From Motiliproteus sp. MSK22-1 (GTDB lineage Bacteria > Pseudomonadota > Gammaproteobacteria > Pseudomonadales > Balneatricaceae), in the NCBI RefSeq assembly GCF_001968815.1, contig NZ_MIEQ01000049.1:155757-219756 (forward strand): a stretch of DNA of 64,000 bases, read 5' to 3'. This document shows positions 29,378 through 39,423 of this stretch, one piece after another (position 1 is the first letter of the stretch; every line of letters starts with the position of its first letter). The position numbers were made by a program, and so were the translations under genes. Under the pieces are notes generated by a model. That model was not told the DNA's origin. It worked only from the letters and a program-made list of their open reading frames with translations, and made no database searches.

Positions 29378-30364
29378 TTAGTTTTTCAGCTGTAGCAGTA
29401 ACTGTGACTTTGTCTCTTCGTCCACAAAGGCTGCTTTTAAAGCCATACAGCTGATTTTCAATAGTTGTTGTTCGCTTAACTGAAAAGTTGAAGCCCCTCG
29501 TTGATATTCTTTGCCGATGGAGGTCCAGAAAAAAGGCGGGTCGTCGGAGTTCAGGCTGAGACTGATTCCCGCATCCAACAAAGCTAACAATGGATGCACT
29601 GAGTAATCAGGATAAACATTTAGAGCAATGTTACTTCCAGGGCAGATTTCGAGGGCGATATTGCGGTGGTATAGCGCTTCAAGCAATTTAGGATCTTCTA
29701 TTGATCGCACTCCATGGCCGATCCGGGTGACCGGTAGTTGATCTATAGCAGCCCAGACACTCTCCGGGCCGCAGACTTCACCGGCATGTGCTGTACAACC
29801 ATAACCCGCGTCGCTGGCAATTCGGTAAGCGGGTAGAAAGTCTTGAGGGCTGTGGAGAGTTTCATCTCCTCCCATACCAAAACCGACCACATAAGGGTGC
29901 GGTTCTGCGACCATTTGTTGTGCTACTGACAGGGCCTGCCCCGGCCCCAGGTGGCGCACACAGGTAATGATGATACGGCCACAGATCTGATGGTCTCGCT
30001 GGGCATTATCGATGGCCTGCACACAGCCTTCCAGCATCTCGGTATAACTGATACCAACGGCTGCCGCATGATCGGGTGAGGCAAACAGTTCAACATAGAT
30101 GGCACCTTGCTGAGCGCAGGAACTCAGGTATTCGTAGGTTATGTCATGATAGTCCTGGCCCGTTCTGAGACAACGGGCACCGCCATCGTAGGCTTTGAGA
30201 AATTCAGAAAAATTGGTCCAGACGAATTGATCGTTGTTATCGAATAATCCATCCGTCAGCTGAATGCCATTACGTGTGGCCAGTCGACGAACTAAAGGGG
30301 GAGGCATGGTGCCTTCCAGATGGCAGTGTAGCTCTACCTTGGGTAGTTGCAGCCTATCGTTCAT
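29378..30364 (-). CDS. add: adenosine deaminase
   Basis: LPKVELHCHLEG and SLNSDDP metal-dependent hydrolase motifs. ATG Met10 preferred over the TTG ORF start at 30391. Confidence 0.88.
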   Translation of the reverse strand: MNDRLQLPKVELHCHLEGTMPPPLVRRLATRNGIQLTDGLFDNNDQFVWTNFSEFLKAYDGGARCLRTGQDYHDITYEYLSSCAQQGAIYVELFASPDHAAAVGISYTEMLEGCVQAIDNAQRDHQICGRIIITCVRHLGPGQALSVAQQMVAEPHPYVVGFGMGGDETLHSPQDFLPAYRIASDAGYGCTAHAGEVCGPESVWAAIDQLPVTRIGHGVRSIEDPKLLEALYHRNIALEICPGSNIALNVYPDYSVHPLLALLDAGISLSLNSDDPPFFWTSIGKEYQRGASTFQLSEQQLLKISCMALKAAFVDEETKSQLLLQLKN

Positions 30365-30418
30365 TTTTTTATCTCTGGCTTGGTGAGACAAGGCTCAAAT
30401 TGCCATATTCTGCGTTGA

Positions 30419-31657
30419 TTATTCCCAACAGCTTTTACCTTGCTCCAAGGGGGCAAGTTGTAAATGCTGAGCTAAAGTCTGGCCCATGTCGGCAAAACTA
30501 TTCCGCTGTCCCAGATCAGCAGACTTAACATTGGGTCCATAAAACAGTACAGGTACATGTTCGCGTGTGTGATCGCTGCCGGGCCACGAGGGATCGCAAC
30601 CATGATCGGCACTGATCAATACCAGATCATCTTCTTTTAACAATGCTTCAAGTTCCGGCAGACGCGCATCAAATGCTTCCAGTGCGGCGGCATAACCGGG
30701 AATATCACGGCGGTGACCGAATACCGCGTCAAAGTCGACAAAGTTAACAAAAATCAGGGACTGGTCACCGTTGCTTTCTGTTTCTTCCAAAAGGCGGTCA
30801 AACAGATCCATATTGTCCTTGCCCTTGACGGTTTTGCTGATACCCCGATGAGCAAAAATATCGGCAATCTTGCCAACGGATACGACGGTGCCACCCGCCG
30901 CGACCAGCTTGTCGAGCAGGGTCTCTGCGATAGGAGCGGTAGTGAGATCGCGACGATTACTGGTTCGTTGAAATGCAGCGTTACCAGCAGATGAAGGGGC
31001 GTTAATAAATGGGCGGGCAATGACTCGGGTAATATTGAGTTTATCCACCAGCTCTTTGGCAATACTGCTTAATTGGTATAAGCGTTCTAATCCAAAGTGC
31101 TCTTCGTGAGCGGCTATCTGCAGCACGGAGTCTGCTGAAGTATACAGAATGGGTTTACCGCTATCGATATGCTCCTGGCCGTACTGCTCGATAATTTCAG
31201 TACCTGAGGCATGACAGTTTCCCAGAATGCCGGGCAACTGGCAGCGCTCAACCAGCTCGTCCACTAAGGATTGCGGAAAGCAGGGTACCGTTCGGGGGAA
31301 TACGCCCCAATCAAATGGAACGGGTACACCGGCAAGCTCCCAGTGACCACTGGGAGTATCTTTCCCCCGGCTCTGCTCGACAGCGTATCCGTAGGCGCCT
31401 TCCAGTTTTTTTTCGTCACAGTGCAATCCTGTGGCCTTATAACCACTGCTGGATTCGAGGGCTTTTCCCATCCCCCAGCGTGCCAGATTCGGTAACCTGA
31501 GTGGTCCCTGGCGTAAGCCTTTTCGATCAGCTTCTCCTTTTTCGCAGGCTTCAGCAATATGGCCCAGAGTATTGGCACCTTGATCGCCATAACGAGGTGC
31601 GTCATCACTGGCACCGATTCCCAGGGAATCCATAATTAGAATAATTGCACGTGTCAT
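30419..31657 (-). CDS. deoB: phosphopentomutase
   Basis: Full-length match to E. coli DeoB ([30 protein letters not shown]). Confidence 0.94.
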   Translation of the reverse strand: MTRAIILIMDSLGIGASDDAPRYGDQGANTLGHIAEACEKGEADRKGLRQGPLRLPNLARWGMGKALESSSGYKATGLHCDEKKLEGAYGYAVEQSRGKDTPSGHWELAGVPVPFDWGVFPRTVPCFPQSLVDELVERCQLPGILGNCHASGTEIIEQYGQEHIDSGKPILYTSADSVLQIAAHEEHFGLERLYQLSSIAKELVDKLNITRVIARPFINAPSSAGNAAFQRTSNRRDLTTAPIAETLLDKLVAAGGTVVSVGKIADIFAHRGISKTVKGKDNMDLFDRLLEETESNGDQSLIFVNFVDFDAVFGHRRDIPGYAAALEAFDARLPELEALLKEDDLVLISADHGCDPSWPGSDHTREHVPVLFYGPNVKSADLGQRNSFADMGQTLAQHLQLAPLEQGKSCWE

Positions 31658-31742
31658 TGGTTTTTACTCTTTAAGCATCCCGGTTGCTTTGAAAACGTCC
31701 AAGAGAGATGTGCTGAAGAATTCAGTACATCATTTAAAACTT

Positions 31743-33065
31743 TCAACTAATACGCTCAACGATCACCGGAGTGGAGGCCGGGGCTTGATCATCAATACGA
31801 ATGGCGTTGGTCAGTGTTTCGATGGTTCGCTGGGCTGCGTCTTCATCGCGCGCATGTATCCAGGCCAAAGGTTGCTGGGGATCTGCTATGGCTCCGACTG
31901 GGCTGAAGTGAGTCAGCCCCACGGAATGATCGACAAGGTCTGTGGCTTTACTGCGACCTCCTCCCAGCGCAACAACTGCAACACCTACTGCTCTGGAATC
32001 CATTGCCGCCACATACCCGCTGGTCCGGGGGTAGAAGGGTCTGATGACCGGTGCTTTTTCCAGATAGCTGTCATAGCGTTCGACAAAATCTGCCGGGCCT
32101 CCCAGCATGGATACCATCTGTGCAAAGCACTCCAGAGCTTTTCCGTTATCAAGAGATTGCTGGGCTTTATGGCGACCATCTGTTGTATCGCTTGCAAGAC
32201 CTCCTAAAACCAGCATTTCTGCGGCTAGGGCAAGAACGGTTTCGTGCAACCTTGTTTCCCGGGTTTTTCCTGTCAGATAATCGACGGTTTCCACCATCTC
32301 GACTCCGTTACCGACGGTGGTGCCGAGTACCTGGTTCATATCGGTAATAAGAGCGGAGGTCTTAACACCAAAACCATTGGCTACTTTTACAATGCTATCG
32401 GCCAGTTCCTGAGCCATTGGCAGGCTGTCTGCAAAAGCCCCGTTTCCGGTTTTTACGTCCATTACCAGTCCATCGAGTCCTTCAGCCAGCTTTTTGGAGA
32501 GGATAGAAGCGGTAATCAGAGGGACTGACTCGACAGTGGCAGTTACATCACGGGTGGCATAGAACCGCTTGTCAGCAGGGGCAAGGTTGCCGGTCTGGCC
32601 GATAATGGCACAACCCAGTTCCTTAACTGTGCGACGAAACAGGTGGTTGTCCGGTGCCGTGTTATAACCGGGTATCGAATCGAATTTATCGAGTGTCCCT
32701 CCGGTATGTCCAAGCCCACGACCGGAGATCATTGGCACAAAACCACCACAGGCAGCAATAACAGGGCCTAGCATCAGGCTTACTTTGTCGCCGACACCGC
32801 CAGTGGAGTGTTTATCCAACACGGGTCCATTGAGGTCCAGGTCGGACCAGCTCATAGTGTCGCCGGAGTGCACCATGCTGCGAGTCAGAGCAATACGCTC
32901 GTCCATATTCATCCCTTGGAAAAATACGGACATGGCTAGTGCTGCTATCTGCCCCTCGCTAACAGAACCATCGGTAATCCCGGCGACAAACTGAGCAATC
33001 TGCTCCTCGCTGAGTACTTTACCGTCACGCTTGCGACGAATGATCTCCTGAGGTAAAAAACTCAT
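31743..33065 (-). CDS. deoA: thymidine phosphorylase
   Basis: Full-length match to E. coli DeoA (DKHSTGGVGD, SGRGLGHTGGTLDK). Confidence 0.94.
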   Translation of the reverse strand: MSFLPQEIIRRKRDGKVLSEEQIAQFVAGITDGSVSEGQIAALAMSVFFQGMNMDERIALTRSMVHSGDTMSWSDLDLNGPVLDKHSTGGVGDKVSLMLGPVIAACGGFVPMISGRGLGHTGGTLDKFDSIPGYNTAPDNHLFRRTVKELGCAIIGQTGNLAPADKRFYATRDVTATVESVPLITASILSKKLAEGLDGLVMDVKTGNGAFADSLPMAQELADSIVKVANGFGVKTSALITDMNQVLGTTVGNGVEMVETVDYLTGKTRETRLHETVLALAAEMLVLGGLASDTTDGRHKAQQSLDNGKALECFAQMVSMLGGPADFVERYDSYLEKAPVIRPFYPRTSGYVAAMDSRAVGVAVVALGGGRSKATDLVDHSVGLTHFSPVGAIADPQQPLAWIHARDEDAAQRTIETLTNAIRIDDQAPASTPVIVERIS

Positions 33066-33907
33066 GCCTGATACTCCTTCAGGAAATGGGTTAATAGGGT
33101 TTTTACGGATTTAGTGGCCAGGGCTGCCTTGTCAATGGTCTGCTCATGACTGAGTGGGGTTTCACTCATTCCGGCGGCGTAGTTGGTAATAATTGAGAGG
33201 GCGGCAACTTTCATTCCCTGATGTTTGGCCAAAATAACCTCTGGCACTGTCGACATGCCAACAGCATCACTGCCGAGTGTGCGTAAGGCCCGAATCTCAG
33301 CGTTGGTTTCGAACTGGGGGCCACTCATCCAGGCATAAACTCCCTGATGGAGCTCGATATTCTGTTTTTCAGCAATGGAGAGAAATTGCTGGTTCAGGAA
33401 AGGTTCATAAGCGTCGCCCATATTAACGAAGCGTTGGTTACCGGTTTCGCCAAATAAAGGTGATACACCTGTCATGTTAATATGATCAGTGATGAGCATA
33501 ACAGCACCAGGACCGGCTTCAGTTAACAGGCTACCGGCGGCATTGGTAAGTACCAGGGTTTCGCAACCGATGGCAGCCAATGTGTGAATAGGTACGGCCA
33601 TGACATCTGCTTCGCCTTTTTCGTAGTAATGGGCTCTGCCTTGAAGTACTACAAAAGTGGCACCGTCCATGTTTTCCCCTTTTACACTTTTTGCAAGCAG
33701 TAGACGGCCTGCATGACCCCCGACTCCTGGTTCGGGAAATCCTGGTAGCTCGCTGTAGGATATCTCTGCAACAGTTTCCAGCGCGTCGGCAAAGGGACCT
33801 AAACCAGAACCAAGGATAATGGCGACTTTAGGTGCTTGAATATCTGCGCTGCTGTCTGCTATTTCAGACTGGATAATGTCAACGCAGCGTGCAATTTGTG
33901 CATTCAT
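33062..33907 (-). CDS. purine-nucleoside phosphorylase, PNP/MTAP family I (PunA/XapA type)
   Basis: ILGSGLG, TNAAGSL and VGMSTVPE motifs. Overlaps both deoA and cdd by 4 nt (coupled). Confidence 0.85.
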   Translation of the reverse strand: MNAQIARCVDIIQSEIADSSADIQAPKVAIILGSGLGPFADALETVAEISYSELPGFPEPGVGGHAGRLLLAKSVKGENMDGATFVVLQGRAHYYEKGEADVMAVPIHTLAAIGCETLVLTNAAGSLLTEAGPGAVMLITDHINMTGVSPLFGETGNQRFVNMGDAYEPFLNQQFLSIAEKQNIELHQGVYAWMSGPQFETNAEIRALRTLGSDAVGMSTVPEVILAKHQGMKVAALSIITNYAAGMSETPLSHEQTIDKAALATKSVKTLLTHFLKEYQA

Positions 33908-34401
33908 GATTGGTTCTCGGTATCAATATGTTCGGGTCCGAAGGACAGGGGGAGTAAATCACCCAGCGTCAGGGTTTTTTCGACACCTGTCGACGAACAA
34001 AGATGGATTGGAGTCTGGTCTTTGGCAAATTCGCGAATACGTTGGCGACAACCACCACAGGGCGTGATCAAGCTATCGCCAGCGCCGATAACGGTAATAG
34101 CGCTTATGCTGGTTTCGCCATCGATGACCATAGCGGAGATAGCGGAAGCTTCAGCGCAGCAACCCTGTGGATAAGCAGCATTTTCTACATTGCAGCCGCT
34201 GTAAAATTTGCCATTAGAGCCTTCGATAACTGCACCGACTTTAAAACCGGAATAAGGGGCGTAGGCTTTTGCCATTGCCTGCTGAGCCAGAGTGAACGTA
34301 TGAGAAGCATTCCCTTTCTGGTTGTTGTTGCTGTTATCTTTTTGATTCTGATTCACATTTATACCTTTTGGTACGTTGGCTGCTACCGTTGCCGGTAGCA
34401 A
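33904..34401 (-). CDS. cdd: cytidine deaminase (small tetrameric type) with N-terminal low-complexity extension
   Basis: CAEASAI and PCGGCRQ zinc ligands. The first ~35 aa are Asn/Gln-rich (NQNQKDNSNNNQKGN), so the true start is uncertain. Confidence 0.85.
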   Translation of the reverse strand: MLPATVAANVPKGINVNQNQKDNSNNNQKGNASHTFTLAQQAMAKAYAPYSGFKVGAVIEGSNGKFYSGCNVENAAYPQGCCAEASAISAMVIDGETSISAITVIGAGDSLITPCGGCRQRIREFAKDQTPIHLCSSTGVEKTLTLGDLLPLSFGPEHIDTENQS

Positions 34402-34422
34402 GCTGTAGCGAACACAAGCAAT

Positions 34423-35397
34423 CTAGCGTTCTTTTAAGTAAGGCTCGCCGATCGCCTTTGGAGCAACGGCTTTACCGATAAACCCTGCGAGTAATATCAC
34501 TGTGAGGATGTAGGGTAGGGCTTGAATCAGTGGCACAGGTACTTCACCGATAACCGGTACAGGAACACCTTGCATACGAATGGCCAGTGCATCCAGTAAG
34601 CCGAACATCAGGCAGGCCAGCAGGGCTGGAGCAGGTCGCCACTTACCAAATATCATTGCTGCCAGTGCTATATATCCCTGACCTGCTGTCATGTCTCGGG
34701 TAAAACCAGCATTTTGCGCGATAGCAATATAAGTACCTGCTATTCCACATAAGACGCCGCAGATAATAACTGCACGATATCGTAAAAAGGCTACAGAAAT
34801 CCCCGCTGTATCAACGGCCTGTGGATTTTCACCGACGGCTCTCAGGCGCAGGCCAAATCGGCTGCGATAAATCACCCACCAACTCAGAGGAACCAGTAGT
34901 AATGCAACATAAACCAGTAAGTTGTGACCACTAAGCAACTCTTTATAGAGGGTGCCGAGCACAGGCAGTTGGCCGATGATCTCTGCTAAAGGCCATTCAA
35001 TCGGCATAAAGCGAGCCTCTGATGGCAGTGCCGGTGTTGTACCTCCCCGTTCAAACCAGGCGATGCCTAATACGACGGTCAGACCAGCGACCAGAATATT
35101 AATAGCGACAGCACTGACCACGTGATTCCCACGATAAGTGATACAAGCCAGGCCATGAAGGAGGGCCAGTGCCACGGAGACGCCTATTCCCGCCATCAGG
35201 GCTAACCAGGCTGACCCTGTCACGGCTGCTGTACAGGCACTGATAAATGCAGCCCCCAGCATTTTTCCTTCAAGGCTGATATCAATAATTCCGGATCGCT
35301 CCGAGAAGAGTCCTGCCATGGCTGCCAGAATCAGTGGCGTTGCTACACGCAGGGTTGCATCCAGTGTTAGAACCAGAACTGAGAAGATGTCATCCAT
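34423..35397 (-). CDS. ABC transporter permease (BMP/nucleoside family, NupQ/YufQ-like)
   Basis: 324-aa polytopic permease in an operon with a BMP substrate-binding protein and an ATPase. Confidence 0.85.
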   Translation of the reverse strand: MDDIFSVLVLTLDATLRVATPLILAAMAGLFSERSGIIDISLEGKMLGAAFISACTAAVTGSAWLALMAGIGVSVALALLHGLACITYRGNHVVSAVAINILVAGLTVVLGIAWFERGGTTPALPSEARFMPIEWPLAEIIGQLPVLGTLYKELLSGHNLLVYVALLLVPLSWWVIYRSRFGLRLRAVGENPQAVDTAGISVAFLRYRAVIICGVLCGIAGTYIAIAQNAGFTRDMTAGQGYIALAAMIFGKWRPAPALLACLMFGLLDALAIRMQGVPVPVIGEVPVPLIQALPYILTVILLAGFIGKAVAPKAIGEPYLKER

Positions 35398-35399
35398 GC

Positions 35400-36527
35400 T
35401 CAGGCCTCCTGTGTTGTTGCGCTGGCGGGACGGCTAAACAGACTGAATATTTTTTCCAGCCAGGGACGGGTCATATAGGCCAGAGCGCCGGAGAACAGAA
35501 TCACCAGCCCTTGGATAGTGACTACCATTTCCCGGGTGATCTTAGGAACTTCGAAGGCTAATTCAGCCCCTCCCTGATAAAGAATACCGAACAACAGACT
35601 TGCCAGTACTACGCCTACCGGATGGTTGCGTCCCATTAAGGAAACGGCAATGCCGGTAAAACCGTACCCCGCTGTAAAATTCAGCAGTAGCTTATGGTGA
35701 ACCCCCTGAATCTCGTTGATACCTACAAAGCCTGCCAGGGCTCCGGAGATACACATGGTAATGATGACGACTTTTTTGGTATTTATTCCGGCATAGCCAG
35801 CAGCTTTTTCGTTAAAGCCAACCGTGCGAAGCTCATATCCCCAGCGGCTGTGCCAGAGATAAACCCAGAGTAACAGACAGCAAATCAGAGCCCAGAAAAA
35901 AGAGATATTGAGAGGGGTATGAACCATTTCGTAGCCGAGAGCGTTCATGATTTCATGGATAAAGGGGAGGTGGGAACTGTCGGCCAGCATCACACTTTGA
36001 GGCGCCATTGAGCCCGGCGCAATTAACACATTGACCATCAGGTAGACCATCAGTGCCGAAGCGATAAAGTTAAACATGATCGTCGTAATGACTATATGAC
36101 TTCCCCGATAAACCTGTAAATAGGCCGGTACATAAGCCCAGGCTGCGCCAAATACGGCAGCTGCGATGATGCCCAGGATCATCAGCAGATAAAATGGCAG
36201 TATTGGACCCAGCGCAAGCATCACCAAGCCGACGCCCAAACCACCGATATAGGCTTGGCCTTCGCCTCCTATGTTGAATAATCCCGCATGAAAAGCCACT
36301 GAAACGGCGAGGCCGGTAAAGATAAAGTTGGTTGTATAGTAAAGGGTGTAGCCCATTGCTTCGTCGTAGCCAAAGGCACCGACAAGCAGGATCTTGACTG
36401 CTTCAATGGGGTCTTCACCGATCGCAATGATGATCAGGCCCGAAACCAGCAGGGCCAGCGCGATATTGATAATCGGTATTAACAGAACGTCCGCCCAGCG
36501 GGGTAAAGTATTGTTTGTAGTGCTCAT
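35400..36527 (-). CDS. ABC transporter permease (BMP/nucleoside family, NupP/YufP-like)
   Basis: 375-aa polytopic permease. Overlaps the ATPase gene by 4 nt. Confidence 0.85.
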   Translation of the reverse strand: MSTTNNTLPRWADVLLIPIINIALALLVSGLIIIAIGEDPIEAVKILLVGAFGYDEAMGYTLYYTTNFIFTGLAVSVAFHAGLFNIGGEGQAYIGGLGVGLVMLALGPILPFYLLMILGIIAAAVFGAAWAYVPAYLQVYRGSHIVITTIMFNFIASALMVYLMVNVLIAPGSMAPQSVMLADSSHLPFIHEIMNALGYEMVHTPLNISFFWALICCLLLWVYLWHSRWGYELRTVGFNEKAAGYAGINTKKVVIITMCISGALAGFVGINEIQGVHHKLLLNFTAGYGFTGIAVSLMGRNHPVGVVLASLLFGILYQGGAELAFEVPKITREMVVTIQGLVILFSGALAYMTRPWLEKIFSLFSRPASATTQEA

Positions 36528-38203
36528 CCGCTGGTCTCCGGGCTTAATATCTGATGGGCTGGACGCTCGTTGATTGTTTTTTGTTGGGGAGAGCCTGGAC
36601 CAGAGCCTGAACGGGCTTTATCGAGTGGTGTTCCCGCCATCATCAGCCCCAGAGTGCGCTCGTCAGCATCTTTGCCGGCCACTTCACCTACCAGGCTGCC
36701 TTCGCACATCACTAGAATTCGATCGGACAGAGACATGATTTCGTCCAGCTCTACCGATACCACCAGCACCGCACAACCCTGATCACGCATTTCAATCAGC
36801 TGCCTGTGGATAAACTCAATGGCTCCGATATCAACGCCTCGGGTTGGCTGGCCGACAAGCAATATTCTGGGATTCTGAGTCATCTCCCGGGCGATAATCA
36901 GTTTTTGTTGGTTACCACCGGAAAAGTTGGCAGATTTTAATTGCGGGTGTGGTGGACGAACGTCAAACTGTTCCATTAATGCCTCACAGTGTTTCTCAAC
37001 TTTACTGTTGTGCATCAACAGGCTGCCATTAATTGATTCATTGCGATGGAATCCGAGAATAGATGATTCGGCAGCACTGAATCGAGTCACCATACCCAGC
37101 TGGTGACGGTCTTCCGGAATGTGACCGAGTCCCAGCTCTCTGGCTTTTGCGGGATTACAGGGGGATTCTGGAGTCACTGAGTGCTGGTGAATCTGCAGAC
37201 TTCCCTGACTTAATGGTTGAATACAAGCCAGAGCCTGTAACAGCTCACTTTGACCGTTACCTGAGACACCGGCGATCCCTATGATTTCTCCGGCTTTGAG
37301 TTCCATATTAAAGCCTTTGACCCGGGTGACTCCCTTGTCGTCAACAACGGTCAGGTTTTCTGCTTTCAGCAATACGTTGCCGGGGGTGGCTGGTTTTTGA
37401 TTCAGTTCCAGGCGTACCTTACGTCCGACCATCAGCTCAGCTAAGGTTTCCTTGTCGGTTTCCTGGGTGAGCCGGTGGGCTACCATTCGCCCTCCGCGCA
37501 TAACCGAAACCTCATCGGTAATATCCATGATTTCCCGAAGCTTATGAGTAATCAGCAGCACTGTTACTCCCTGGGTTTTCAGGGTCTTGAGAATCTCAAA
37601 CAGCTGGTCAGTTTCCTGAGGAGTCAAAACACCGGTAGGCTCATCAAGAATCAGGATTTCGGCGCCACGATAAAGTGCTTTTAGGATTTCGACACGCTGT
37701 TGTTCTCCGACCGGCAGGTCGCTGACCAGTGCATCAAGATCCACCTTCAGATTGTATTCTCGCTCCAGGCGAGTCAGCTCTTCGCGGGCATGGTTTAGAC
37801 TCTGGTTCAACAATCCGCCGGATTCTGCTCCCAGAATGACGTTTTCCAGAACGGTAAAGGTGTCTACCAGCATGAAATGCTGGTGGACCATGCCAATACC
37901 TGCCGCGATAGCGTCCTGAGAATTATGAAGACGAACTGATTGACCATTGACGAGAATTTCACCACGATCCGCTTCGTAGAAGCCATAGATAATACTCATC
38001 AAGGTGGATTTTCCAGCTCCGTTCTCACCGATAATGCCGTGTATGGCACTCTTGTGAACACAGAGGTCAATGTCCTGGTTGGCATGAACCGAACCAAAAG
38101 ATTTGCTTATGCCGCGCAGTTCGATCGCTACCGGAAGAGTCTTTTTCTCAGTAGTTCGGTTAGCGGCGGATTCGATATCCGTCATCGTTGTCTCACTAGC
38201 CAT
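36524..38203 (-). CDS. ABC transporter ATP-binding protein, tandem ATPase domains
   Basis: Two Walker A sites (GENGAGKST; GVSGNGQS) and LSGGEQQ-type signatures. 559 aa, typical of sugar/nucleoside importers. Confidence 0.9.
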   Translation of the reverse strand: MASETTMTDIESAANRTTEKKTLPVAIELRGISKSFGSVHANQDIDLCVHKSAIHGIIGENGAGKSTLMSIIYGFYEADRGEILVNGQSVRLHNSQDAIAAGIGMVHQHFMLVDTFTVLENVILGAESGGLLNQSLNHAREELTRLEREYNLKVDLDALVSDLPVGEQQRVEILKALYRGAEILILDEPTGVLTPQETDQLFEILKTLKTQGVTVLLITHKLREIMDITDEVSVMRGGRMVAHRLTQETDKETLAELMVGRKVRLELNQKPATPGNVLLKAENLTVVDDKGVTRVKGFNMELKAGEIIGIAGVSGNGQSELLQALACIQPLSQGSLQIHQHSVTPESPCNPAKARELGLGHIPEDRHQLGMVTRFSAAESSILGFHRNESINGSLLMHNSKVEKHCEALMEQFDVRPPHPQLKSANFSGGNQQKLIIAREMTQNPRILLVGQPTRGVDIGAIEFIHRQLIEMRDQGCAVLVVSVELDEIMSLSDRILVMCEGSLVGEVAGKDADERTLGLMMAGTPLDKARSGSGPGSPQQKTINERPAHQILSPETSG

Positions 38204-38302
38204 TAAGCCGTACTTATCGTTATTTTGGCGCTATTGCTACGATCCACTCTGCTGTCGAACCTTCCGGTAAAACAGCAGAGTTGTTAATTCAAACTGCTGT
38301 CA

Positions 38303-39367
38303 TTAGTAAGAGCAGCTGTTATTGCTCATATAGTCATGAACTTTGATTTTTCCGGAAATAATGGCCGCCTTTGTCTTCTCCATGGCTGTTTCCATTTTGG
38401 TGGTGATCAGGGCTGCGTTGTGCTCATCAAGAGCCCAGTCCACGCCACCTTCTGCTAAACCTAATGAGCTGATACCTGGTTTCCAGGTTCCGTCTTTGGC
38501 ATCAGAAAACGCTTTGTAGGCTGCAACACCGACACGTTTAACCATTGAGGTCAGCATGGTTCCAGGTTGCAGATGATTCTGATTGGAATCGACACCAATG
38601 GCATATTTTCCATTGTCCTTCGCGGCCTGATAGACACCAAAGCCAGTGCCGCCCGCAGCAGCAAAGATAACATCTACACCACGATCAAATTGCCCTTTGG
38701 CCAACTCAGATCCGCGCCCTGGATTGTTCCATGCGGCAGGGGTGTTTCCGGTCATGTTGGCAATAACTTCGATATCTTTGTTCGCGTATTTGGCTCCCTG
38801 TTCATAGCCACACTGGAATTTGCGGATAAGGGGGATATCCATACCTCCGACAAAGCCAACTTTGCCTGACTTGGATTTCATGGCTGCCAGCATGCCCACC
38901 AGGAATGAACCTTCATGTTCCTTGAACAGCAGTGATTGCACGTTAGGCAGATCAACGACCGAGTCGATCAGGACAAACTTTGTCTCTGGGAATTTAGCAG
39001 CAACTTCCTGTACTGCTGAAGATTGGGTGAAACCAACACCGATGATTGGATTAGAGCCTCGCTGAGCAAATTTGCGATGGGCCTGTTCGAACTGAGTCTC
39101 ATTGTTTACTTCGAAGTCACGATACTTGATCCCGGTATCCTTAGAGAACCGCTCGACACCATGATAAACGGCTTCGTTAAAGGACTTGTCAAACTTTCCA
39201 CCCATATCAAAAACTACAGCAGGCTTTATGTTGGCAGCCTGAGCGGTGGCAGATGCCAGCGCCACTGCACCGACTGCCAGAACGGGTGCCAGGTTCTTGG
39301 CAGCACGGCTTGATATGACCGTTCGGCTAGAAAATACAGCGGCTAAAAGGGTTTTGCAGCTCTTCAT
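38303..39367 (-). CDS. BMP-family (PnrA/Med-like) ABC substrate-binding protein, probable nucleoside-binding
   Basis: BMP lipoprotein-family core (VFDMGGKFDKSFNEA...GVDSNQ). ATG at 39367 has a GAGGAA RBS 8 nt upstream; the ORF-track start at 39403 is a 12-aa extension. Long signal peptide ending AQA. Confidence 0.85.
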   Translation of the reverse strand: MKSCKTLLAAVFSSRTVISSRAAKNLAPVLAVGAVALASATAQAANIKPAVVFDMGGKFDKSFNEAVYHGVERFSKDTGIKYRDFEVNNETQFEQAHRKFAQRGSNPIIGVGFTQSSAVQEVAAKFPETKFVLIDSVVDLPNVQSLLFKEHEGSFLVGMLAAMKSKSGKVGFVGGMDIPLIRKFQCGYEQGAKYANKDIEVIANMTGNTPAAWNNPGRGSELAKGQFDRGVDVIFAAAGGTGFGVYQAAKDNGKYAIGVDSNQNHLQPGTMLTSMVKRVGVAAYKAFSDAKDGTWKPGISSLGLAEGGVDWALDEHNAALITTKMETAMEKTKAAIISGKIKVHDYMSNNSCSY

Positions 39368-39423
39368 TATTATGTTCCTCGTAAGGATGTGGTTGAGTTC
39401 CATTCACTGGAACCCATCGCTAA